Positions 49,573 through 61,094 of a DNA stretch of 64,000 nt are shown one piece after another. Below the pieces are notes generated by a model. The model was given only the letters and a program-made list of their open reading frames with translations, was not told the DNA's origin and did no database searches. The stretch is taken from the NCBI GenBank assembly GCA_013265495.1, contig MU058793.1:374001-438000 (forward strand). Direction: 5' to 3'. Source of the DNA: Vicugna vicugna (taxonomy: Eukaryota). The position numbers and the translations under genes are program-made. The first letter of the stretch is position 1. Every line of letters starts with the position of its first letter.

Positions 49573-49788
49573 CAGAGTTTTTCAATTTCAGCTATATTGA
49601 CATTTGGGAACAGATAGTTCTTTGCCGTCGGGGCTGTCCTTTGTATTGCAGGATGTTCACAGTAACCCTGGCCCCTACCTACTAGATGCCAGTAGCAACC
49701 TCCCTCCCCTCTTCAGTCATGACAATCAAAAAATGTCTCCGGACATTGCCCCCCGAAGGGCAAAACTGCTCCCAGTTGAGAACCACCC
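49573..49788 (+). mobile_element. MER20 hAT MITE inserted in an old L1ME 3' fragment (about 49460-49980)
   Basis: ttgacatttggg...gggctgtcc...actagatgccagtagca...gacaatcaaaaatgtctccggacattgcc...ggcaaaactgctcccagttgagaaccac. Confidence 0.9.
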
Positions 49789-51616
49789 ATCTATAGTGAT
49801 ATGCAAGATATCGTAAGTGAAAAAGCAAGTGGCAACACAGTTATAGAGTACAGCCCCTTTTTGTTTAAAAAAATATGTAAACAATGGTTACATTATACAG
49901 GGTTGGATTGGTGGGGTAAGGAGGGGAGCATCTTAACTTTTTCCATTTACAACAACACAAAATAAACAAAAATGAAAACACTTTAGTTAGGAAAAACTAA
50001 AAAGAAGAGATACATAGTTAAACTGGTCTGTAGTTAATTCCTAGGGTTTAATATTAAATATATCAATTTTCCATTTTGTAATAATTTCTGAGTTATCAGA
50101 TTCCTGTGGAATCCTGGAGAATCAGAACAACCCCACTCTTCCTTGTCTCACTGACAATATTCTTTCCCACTGCTCTTAAAACATTATATTCTACTGGCTG
50201 GCGTTCTGCTACAGACTTGTATCACAAAAGTGGCTTTTACGTTATCAGTTTGTCCTAATTGCTTTTCATGAGCATTCTGTCACACATTCAGCTATTTCTC
50301 TTCGAAAAATTTGGGCTGACTGTCCACACCTCCATGTTCTATGTCCATTCCACTATGGCTTGCTTGCATCACTCCCAACCCTGCCAACTACTGGGAATTA
50401 AGCTATTTTATTCTTAATTTTACTCTCCAAATATGTCTTTCAGAATGCTTTTAAGAAGTCCTTTCGGACTTATTTAAATCTAAATGTTTTAAAATATCCC
50501 CAGGCAACTCCAGAGTATTTGAATTCTGACTGTATAGTAATAAATTAGTTAACTGGCATGGCCATGAAATTCGATGATGAATTTACACAGCTTTCTCATT
50601 AACCGAGTTGCTTCGCTCTCTTTACTCCAAGGCCCGTGAACATCATGTGTGGATACTCGGCTGACTCATCCCAGACCTACAGTGTTTCAGATCAATCTCA
50701 CGGCCAAGAAGTTACTTTTCTTGGCTTTATCAGCACCTCCTGAATTTCACCCACAATGGATGCCTTTATTATGGACCTGGTTGCCTGAGAGCTCCTGGTG
50801 ACAGACAGCTGAGGGTCACTGTAGGAAAAAGGAACCTTTATGATATATATGTTCACTCTGTGCCAGGATTTATGCTAAGCTTAACATATGTTTTCCAATT
50901 CAATCCTCTAAATAACTTTCTGAATTAGACACTATTATACCCATTCTTAGATGGGACTGATCCCCTAAGCCCGGGGCTAGGTGGTATTGCTTGATGAAGA
51001 AAAAATGCGCTAGGGAGCACGGGGCCCCCAAGGCGGAAGCACGGACTGACACAGAGAGAGATGAATGGGGCTCTGAGCTCTCGGCCACCACCATCCCCTG
51101 TTATAAGCAAAGCAACTCCAGTTTCATTTGTTTTATAAATTGAGATTCCTCACAACGTTTCACTAAAAATTAATTAATTAATTAATTAATTAAATAAATA
51201 AAACTTCTAGAAATTGGCTCTCTCTGCAGTGGGGACAGTGCAGAAACCACTTCTGAAGAACGCTGGTGGTGGGCCGAGGCCTTGCCAAAACCCAGAGCAC
51301 CTACGTGGTCTTCAGATTCCAAACAATGCTGACCCCACCTTTCTTATCCCCCACAGGACAGTACACCAAAGACCTCTAAAAGATTTTCAGGTAACCTCTA
51401 AACCACATAATCTATGCATCAGAATGTGCTAGCATTTACCATGGTCCACAGTCATCTGATAACTTTCTATGTGTGAAGATTACAGTGTCAGAAGATTAAT
51501 GGAGAAAGTATCTCTTTAGAGTTCCTTTAGGGCCACTGATTATGAACAACTTCCTTAGGGGAACCTGGTGATCCTTAACAGCTCCAATCATTTTCTACTA
51601 AAAAAAGTAATCTTCG

Positions 51617-51765
51617 GTGGCAAAGTATATACAGCTCAGTGGCAGAGTGCATGCTTAGCATGCATGAGGGCCTGGGTTCAATTCCAGTACCTTCATTAAA
51701 AGTAAATAAGTAAGTAAGTAAGTAAATAAATCTTAATAACCTCCCCTAGAAACAAAACAAAACCA
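51617..51765 (+). mobile_element. Second camelid tRNA-derived SINE (Vic-1-like)
   Basis: cagctcagtggcagagtgcatgcttagcatgcatgagggcctgggttcaattccagtacc plus (TAAG)n and taacctcccc tail. Homologous to 41237-41346. Confidence 0.8.
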
Positions 51766-52381
51766 TGACCTTCAAAAGACATTTCTTTGAACTTAGGATT
51801 CCCACTTAAAAAGAGAAAGATGTCAGCTCAGATGAAAAGTATTTATTGAGCACTTACTATGTGCCAGGCCAGAGAAGCCAATATATCAATGTTCATATCT
51901 TTAAAAACTAGAAACTGCCATGTGATTCTTTTAAATATGACTCTAATTAAACAAAATTTAGATGGACTAATGAATTTACTATGACAAAGTATAGGCAAGA
52001 ATGGTTGATACAATACATACTCCTCCAAAACAGCTCATAATTTTTCCTGCTAGCAATGATATGAGAAAGAAACTTGTAAGTGTAGATACAGCCCTAAGAA
52101 ATTTAATGCATTTTTATAAATCATTAGGTTTCACTTACTAAAATTAAGTCTTGAAAGATTTACCAATGATCACTGAAAAGCAAAGCAACTAGTAGGTTAT
52201 ATGAGATTGCTATTGTCACATCCAACATTAAGGACTGAATGCTGGTAGCTCTTTCAACTCCTTTCCCAATTCCGTTTTATGTGGAGAGTTCACTTGTACC
52301 ATTTCCTAAATCGTTCATCATTTGGGAACAACTCATTCTCTCCTCTGATCTCACTCTTTCCTCTAACTGATGATATTAGGT

Positions 52382-52630
52382 AAGAGTTTCTCAGCCTCAG
52401 CAGTATTGACATTGTGGTCTGGATAATTCTTTGTTGGGGGAGTGCATCACATTCTTTGCTTACAAATGCACCTTGAGTATGTAAATGCTTAACAGCATCT
52501 CTGGTCTCTACCCACCTGGTGCCAGTAGCCTCCCATCCCCCACCAGGCTGTGACAACCAAAAGTCTCCAGACATTGGCAAATGTCCCCTGAGGGGCAAAA
52601 TCTCCCCTTATCCCCATTGGAGAATGACTT
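52382..52630 (+). mobile_element. MER20 hAT MITE
   Basis: tttctcagcctcagcagtattgacattgtggtctggataattctttgttgggg...gtgacaaccaaaagtctccagacattggcaaatgtcccctgaggggcaaaat. Confidence 0.9.
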
Positions 52631-52689
52631 AATTAGACAAATATAATGGAAATCATCTTCTTGTGAGAGAGGAAGAGGAAGTATCCGAA

Positions 52690-53370
52690 GACTATATTCT
52701 GTCTGTGCAGAAACAAGACTCAAACTGTAATAGATACAGTGAAATATATATATATATATATATATATAGGCTAGACCAAAAAAAACAATTCAGGGGAGAG
52801 TGGCTACATTTGATTAGGTCAGCAGGAAAGGCCTCTCTGAGATGACGTTTGAGCCGATACCTAAAGAATGGGGAGGAGTCAACCATGAAATGAGGCAGGC
52901 AGAGAAAAGTATGTTCCAGGCAGAGAAAAGCCCGAGGAGGGAGAGAGCTTGGCATGCTTGAGAAATGGAAAGAGAGCAGCAGAGGTAGGAGCCGGGGAGG
53001 CAAGATGAACAGCAAAATGCAATGGGATTGAAGAGATGGGGCTGGGTCAGACTATGCCAGGTGGGGACATCAGGGGATGCCTCCCTGAAGTGGTGACCCA
53101 CTGAGCTGAGGTAGAAAGGAAGAGTAGAAGCTAACTATGCCAGGAAAGAGGGAACAGCATCCTATGTAGATAAAAACACGTACAAAGTCCCTCAGCGTAA
53201 GGGAGCACATCATGGATAAGGAAAGGTGAGCGTTATTGGCCAGGAGAAAAGCCAGGCTGGCTATGAAGCTGGAGAGGCAAGGAATGGCCATAAACTAACA
53301 AGGGTGTAGTCTGCCCCAGGAAGTCTGGATTTTAATCACAGTGTAGAAGGATGCCATTAAAAGTTTAAAG
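52690..53370 (-). mobile_element. L2 fragments (two partly redundant pieces) with (TA)n at 52745-52768
   Basis: gaaaggcctctctgagatgacgtttgagc...gttccaggcagag...; ggatgcctccctgaagtggtgac...gggaacagcat. Confidence 0.7.
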
Positions 53371-54597
53371 GCTTGGTCTCTATCTAGTGAGGTTATTCAT
53401 TCCAATAACTTCTACTGATCATACGTCATGGGCAACTCATCTAAATCAATTGTGGACAACTTGGATTTAATTATAAACAACATAAATATAAACATATAAC
53501 CTAACATCTCAAAGCATGGTTTGAGGAGTACCCATGGATTAACTTTTGCCATCAGAGGTCATTTGGAATGGACAGGCCATGGACTTGAGAGGAAGCACGC
53601 TGCTTTCTATTTGCCTACAAGTCCAATCGCCGACGCCTCCGCTCAACAATGCCTTGATGGTTTGTGTGTGTCTTGGTGGGAGGAGTGTGCTGAGCTGAGG
53701 CTTGCTTCTCTCTCTACCTGATGAAAAAGTCTCTTGTCTTTTGCTTTTTTTTAAAAAACAGGAAACCAAGGAATGTATATTTCAGGTAGCGGTCCCTGCT
53801 TTTCTTAAATTGCCGGAAAACGCAGTCTATTATTGAATATGAATCACTTGGGCAAATGGTTAAAAAATCTGAATAAATTTATATGAAAAAGGAAACTTTA
53901 GCTCCCTGGCATAAATTAAAAACTGGAATCACTCGTGATCAATGGGATGCCGGATAAATACCAAGTAAAGGAAATAATACCATTATAGTCCATCTAAATG
54001 CGGGGTACCGGCCTCAGGGTCTGGGCCAGAGTTCTGCTTTCTCTTTCTTCGAAAGGATGAAAGAGATGTGTAAGAGACTTATGAGCCCCAAACTGAGACT
54101 TCCTCCTTGACTTAATGAAGATGGAAAGAGAATGGAAAGTGCCTTCTGAGTAAATCACTATGTTGTATTGCCACGTCTGCGTCTCATATAAGATATGCAG
54201 GGTCTGGGGGATGGGGAGGGAATGGATACAGTCTGCTCTTACTTCCTTAGCCAAAAAAACTCTTACTTTCCTCTACACATTCAAAGCTTTTTCACTCACA
54301 CTTTCAGGCTCAGAGCGAGGGCCTGTCCGTCCACAAAGTCCCCTCAGAGCGAATTCCCCTTCCCTCCCACGCCCAGCATTTGTCTTTATGCGGCATGCTT
54401 GGTGGCACTTAATCACACACCCGCCTATATTGTGTTTTTGTTTCTTTTACAAATATAAGATATAAGCTTTCCAGTTTTTTAAAAAATTTTAAATATCACC
54501 CATTATTCTAGTTTATCTATTTTCACTCAACACAACAGTGCTTACTTCCATCTGCGCTGATTTTATCACAGAGGACTTTAAAAAATATAATATTCAA

Positions 54598-54598
54598 A

Positions 54599-54629
<31 letters not shown>
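54598..54629. repeat. (TTA)n microsatellite
   Basis: Directly visible. Confidence 0.9.
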
Positions 54630-54634
<5 letters not shown>

Positions 54635-57600
54635 ACCTTCCATCTATATTTACAAATAAATATCCTCTGTAACAGTCCAATGGTAGATTTTCATTAAGGA
54701 AGGATAACATCTAATTAAGAAGCAAATAACCCAAATATATTAGGGAGTGTGACTCAATACATTTTCACTATGTGGTTTTTCAATCAATATTTCTTGAGAA
54801 ATGGAGTAATTAAACAATTATCAGTAATAAAAATTGCTTTGTATTAATAAATATCAAAGAACTATAAGTAGGAAATTCAGGTAATTTTATGCTCAATTAT
54901 TTAGTTATGTCCAAAAGCAATGTTCAAATTTTATTACCAAGTAAACAATGAATCGATACTTATGCCTAGCTAGGGTATTCCTAACCCCAATAGAACCTGA
55001 AACAAATACAGTTATGCCAAAAGGATACCAATGATAATTACAGACCTACATACCATAAACTTCATATTCATCAAAATATCTGCACTGAAATAGGTAATTT
55101 TTACTTAATAACTACTCTCAGGGCTGTAATCAAACATACCTACACATGAAAGTTTTGTGAAAAACAGCCTTCTCCAAAGTTAATTAATAGTTTCTTAGCA
55201 AAATAAAATTTTCAGGAGTTTATTATAAAACAATAGCATTTTCTCACATCCCTTGTAACTTCTTTGTTTTACCAAGGAGTCCACTCCATGTTTGTTTTAT
55301 TCAGTCCTAAATTAAGATTTTAAAGAGGAATTCCATTTTTATAGCTGTTTGCACTTTAAACCCCTTCCCCTCCATTTTTAAGTAGTCAAGGTATGCACTT
55401 CACAACAAATAAATATTCCTTCATGGTCCTTTCATTCATTCATCTATATATTGGACAAATAAAGCATTTATTGGGAGCCTAGTGTATTCCAATCCAGACA
55501 CTGTTCCAGGTCTGAGGGTGCTAACAGCAAACGAGACAGAAACAAGCAAAGGAGACTGTTTCTAAGGGCGACAAGGGCCATGAATAAAAGCAAGTGAGGC
55601 AATGGCACATAGAGTAACTCTCATTCCTCTAAAAGCTGTCCGAGCCATCGGGCCAGTTTTACTTGGGAATCTGAGTGATGTAAAATGTTGTCTCTACTGT
55701 CCCTGACCCCAGGGAAGTCCTGTCAATACAGCAGAGTAGATAACTGTGCATTATATGTGGTAAAAAAAACAAGAAACAGGGAAATAAATCATAGCCTAAC
55801 TTTTTAATAACACTTTTCCTGGAACGTGATAAATCAAGCGAGTAATCAGCTGTCACACTTCACAAGAGTTAATTGGGTTTAGTTGAAGTTTGGAACATGC
55901 TCCTACTTCAATACATGATCCTAAGGTTCACTCAACCTTAAAGACAACATTCAGATGTTCGGGGTCGGTAGGTCTTTATAGGCCAAGAATAAAGAGTATT
56001 TATTTTAAGCTCTGTACTGTACAAGGCTATTTGCTCTACCAAGAAAGGCAGCTGGTAAAATGTCTGCAGTTTGGGTATTTTTGGCAGATGATTGTCCAGA
56101 TGTAGTAACAGCTAAATTAAAGTTGACTTTGGACAATATGCCTCTCTGAAGCAGTAATCAGTCTGAATTTTTGTACAACGTGGAAGAGACACTACTAATC
56201 AAGAAATCAGGTTTCTAAACGATCAGTCTGCAATGATGAAGAGCAATTTATAGCACTTAGTAGGTGCTCAGCAAGTATCTGCTAAAGTTAATAGGGTTTC
56301 TATTTTATAGTTTGGACTTTGAACAGCTAGGTCCCGTTCCATTCAAAGTGAACTATTTTGTTCATGTAAGTCGTACCTTTTCTATTGGTAACTTATAATA
56401 AAAATAGGTTTTGACCATAACTTGACCAAAAATAAACATTACTGAAGTCATCATTCAGTTTGTATGAGAAACTGTTGGTCCCCCCAACTGAATAAGCGGT
56501 AATCACCCTGTGGAATTCAGCTCTGCAGCCCCTATTGACAATGGCAATGAACATGTCTATAACAATAATAAGGGCTTGTTTTAATAGAACGTTCCACGCA
56601 TTAAACACATTAATGACCCATGAAATAACTGTTTTATCTGTAACGCATTAAGCAACATTGCTGAAACAATGTATTAATTGAAAGTCTACTATTTCTCTTA
56701 ATGTAAGATTTTTGGAAAGTATAAAAATGACATGAAAGTTATTCTGTGAAAACAAAAATAATTCAAAATTAGAGCCATTCTAAATGACTGTATGAAAAAT
56801 AAAAACCTCTAAAATAAGCTTGGTAATTTTAGAAGTATTATTTTGATGTATTCCCATTTTTCTGATCAAAAATAATATCTTTCTGGATTATGACTTAAGA
56901 GCTTTGTGAATATTTTAAAAGCTGATATTTTCTGCTCTGTGTTCATATCTTCTACAGGACATTTTTTTCTCTCTTTTTCTCTTTTTTTAACAGGTACAGA
57001 AACTACCATACTCAAATTTACTTCTCTTACTCCCATCTTTTTCAATTTTCTAACACTATGTTTGATATTACCAGAGCACCAGTAGCATTTTCTGTAAACA
57101 TATGCTATCACAATTAAGTCCAAAGCAGTATCGAACAGAATATGTTGGTCCTCTAAACATGAACTATAATGCATGAAGAAAAAGTATGTGAATTATCAGT
57201 GTGTTTTATAAATTCTCTTTTGGGGGACATACAAAATATCAGACTAGAGACAATTATTTTACTGTCTGTTTCTCGGATATCAAAGAGAATTTTGAAATTC
57301 ATCAAAGCTAACCTTCTGTTATGTACAACAGGCTAAGCTGAAAAGAATGTTAACAAGTTCAATTTTCATTCAATCAGCACTACTGCTCTCTGAAATGTTT
57401 CATTGCAGGAAAGAAATAAAAATAATCTATATGGTAATTATGAGGATGAATCCCCCAGTAACTTTCAGCTACATGAAAGGTCAGTTCTATTCAAGATATT
57501 TTATCAGTCCCCTGCACATACTCCTGTCCTGTCATTTTAAATCTGAACAGCATTTTATTTTCCCATTTACAGCTACCTGCAGAATTAAGTACTTAAGCCA

Positions 57601-60600
57601 AATAAGAAAAAAAAAAGAAATGTTGAATGCTGGCAAAGGCTATAATAGCATAGAGATAAATCGTTCAGCTGCTCTCTCTCAAGCCTCTAGGGCTGCAGAT
57701 TTTTCTTCTCCTGGTGCACTGTGGGTATTCAAAACTTGTTCAACATGATTTCATTTCATTTCAGGCACTGCCTGAGAAAACTAAATTACAGAATCAATCA
57801 TACAGAAGGTCAGAGTGAGACTTCATTACAAGTATTGCATGCTTGCATGAATATCTTTCATTTATGACTGACCCAATATGTCACAATAGCTGTCTAGTAA
57901 AAATAATCCACTTTCTGAAATTGATGTACTACTGATGTCAATGCTACTCAGCAGGCTGGGCAGATTATAGAGAGGTGTTAAAAAAAAAACCCTTTGGAGC
58001 GCACATTGTAGATTTTTAGGATTGCAATCTTTTGTAGATTAAAATAATTTCCAGATGATCATCTGAACTGACAATAATGCTTAGAGGTAAAGCGTTTTTA
58101 GCCAGACTATTCCTGTAGATTTCGACTTGCCAACCACATCCTGTTCTAAAACACACATATCCACAACAAGCAAATCAAGGTTGTTCTTTGAAGTCACAAT
58201 TGCACTGACTTTCAATTTTTTTCCAACAATTTGCTTTTGAATACCAGGGCATTATTTGCATATTTTGAAACAGGAATGCTAATCATTAGACTCTGTTTAA
58301 TCTTCCCCTCCCCAGCTTTTTTTTTTTTTTGCTCCCACTTTCTATTTTTTTAAATATAATGGCATAAATTTAAGGAAGATAAACATGTTGTGCTTGTTGC
58401 CAACAAAAAATGTAGCTAATCGGTTACGTGACAAACTGTCACTCTTTCTAAAGGAAAACCAATGACGCTCTGAAGAAAAGCTGGTTCAATACCACATAAA
58501 CAAGCTGGCTTTTCTTCTTATATGATAGTCTTTAATTCACCATAGCCCTCCTTAACCGACAGTCATTCATTTGGATAATAAAACTCCTTATTGCATAAGG
58601 TATAAAATAGCCAATGCACACTGGGAAGCCGAATGCACGATGTATAAAGTATTATTTATTATTTTTCTGGTGACCTTCCTAAGGGAAATCTCCGAGGAGC
58701 TGTTGTGGAGCATTATGATGTAGCCAGCCACCTCGTACCCGGAGGGAAATATAGAAGAACCTTGACATAACCTATTTTTAACCATGCCTCTGGCGATTCT
58801 GAATTCAAGTTTATAGGTGAACATGTCAGGTAGTACATAGAACAAAGCCAACGACACATTGTATTCATCATAATTCTGTCCTGGTACATTTTATTTTTTC
58901 CAACATTTGTGATTTAAAATCCCATGACATTTCTTCAAGGTGAAATTCTCCTAGAATTTTCAACAAGATTAGTTTGTTTCCAGCCAAAATAAATATCATT
59001 CAGGTTCAGCAAAACTTCAGAAAGGCACCAATAAATGTGATGAGGTCCATGTAAGTACCATGACAACAGCCTGCTCTTAGCTAAAGTACTTAGACTTTTA
59101 AAAATCAATGAAATAATTCAACTGCTTTAGTGATTAGCAATACATTACAAAAGAAGCATTAAAAATTGAGTCTTCTCTCCCAACGCCAGTCCGTGGAAGC
59201 ATTGTTCTTTAAGTGTATGTGAATATCATAATTATTTTATGATTCCATCTTTAGTTCTTTCCAATATAGTAAATTCAATTGACCATGAAATGAAATTTCA
59301 TAGTCAAAATGCCTCCTTTACACTTTTTTATAGCAGCAATAACAGTTTTATAGCTTTAAGGCAAGGTAATTCATCAGATGTTTAATTTAAAGGCAGATTC
59401 TTATATTATTAATAAATATTTACCAATTTAATAAAGCACACATTTTAGCATGCATTATATGGTCTTTTAACTATTTCCTGAACTTAAATGAGCCTCACGA
59501 GCATCTATGAATAATGGTGAACCCTGGGCAAACTCCCTTGGTGACTAAACACCTTTTTTATTTTTATTATTTTCCAGGCACAACACTGCAAGCCTGACTG
59601 TAGAAGGACAGAGGACAGAACCCTCCCTCCTAGTGTCAAAGGGACAAAAATGTAAGAAAGTCCACAGGAAACAATTATTTGCGATGGCGAGGAACGTTTA
59701 TGAATACTTAATGACCATTTCCCGACTGTTCCTTGCATTCTTTTCTGACAGAAAAAGTAAAAATAAAAACCCTGATGTTCAGCTCAAACACAAAAGATCA
59801 CAGGCAAAGAAAATTATGGTGCCGCAATCCTATTTGGGAAAGTAATCTTGTATTTCAGAGCGCACACTGAATCTTTCGCACCGCTAATCCACTACATATT
59901 TTGCAATCATCTGTTGTTATCTGGGGAATTAACAATGAAACCAATAAACATCACTGGCATGGTCATAATGTGCAGAGAAATATGTAAACAACCAATAGGA
60001 TTTGTTTTTTGTTATACCAACACATCTGTTTCATTTTATCAGGGTTAAAAAAAAAAAAAGCCCTATAAACTATTAATCTTGTTTTAAAATGTCTGCTTAG
60101 TACCTCACCTAGATAAGACACAAATGCATTATATACTATGGTGAAAAAAAACAATCCCAGCAGAAGAGTTTAAAATACTTAAAGCAGATTTACTCTGGTG
60201 ATTGCTGACTATAATTGCACACTAAGAAAAATAGAACCAAAATTATTGCATTAGTAATCCTGGCTCTCTGGAGTGCCTTATTTGATGTTCACAACAATAA
60301 ATAACACAATTAGGTATATTTCACACAATAACCTGCTCTCTATTTTCCTCTGCTGGTTATAAGCAATTATTCTTCTTCCCTTTCTCTGTATCACAGTTTG
60401 AATTCCATTTTAGGTAGGAGCAAATCATGTATCATCAGCATTACATTATAATCCAGCAAATGCAAAAGGCCTAGGCACCTGATAAGGGCCTTCATTTCTA
60501 AAATCTCTCCTGGGCAAACTTTCAACTCAAGTACACCTCTTTGTTAAACCCAAGACTGGCTGCTTCCAAACCAATGAATCGGACTTCTTAAAAGTCATTT

Positions 60601-60839
60601 CAAACCAGAAGGATCTTTGGGTTATCCTCTTTCAAGTGACTGTCAACTGACCCAGCATCCTCTGGTCCAGCACTGGGGACTGATCCAGCACCTGCATGTA
60701 AACGGCACTAGAAAGAACAGTCCCCTCGTCCACCAGTAGACAGGTCTGAACCTGCGTCACAACGCGGGCCCTCAGATCTTTACCCTGAGAAGTACCAACA
60801 ACAAACAACGCACTTTCAAGCAGTAAATATGCTGCCTAC

Positions 60840-61094
60840 CATGTGCAACCCAGTGCCATGAAGCACGCCATCTTGTTCCACGAGGTTCCTTGAGATGGTA
60901 ATGGAAGGAAGATCCAGGCTCTGAGGGGGAAACTGGGGTGTGAATTCACTTCCCTGGGAAGGCAACGGATCGCTGAGGCCTTGCAAAGGTAGAAGCACGT
61001 CAGGCATGCCCAGGGCGGGGTCTGACTCCGGAGGAGGCGTGATCGGGGGTATTTCAAACTCCTCATCCCCGAGGCTGGGTGTATGGAACGTCTG
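60840..61094 (-). CDS. TOX3: TOX3 internal coding exon (human exon 3 equivalent), 255 bp, [35 protein letters not shown]...GLHM
   Basis: Translation matches the TOX-family motif [17 protein letters not shown] and the TOX3-specific sequence after it. Acceptor ttccttccag|CAG, donor ATG|gtaggc. Length is divisible by 3. Confidence 0.97.
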
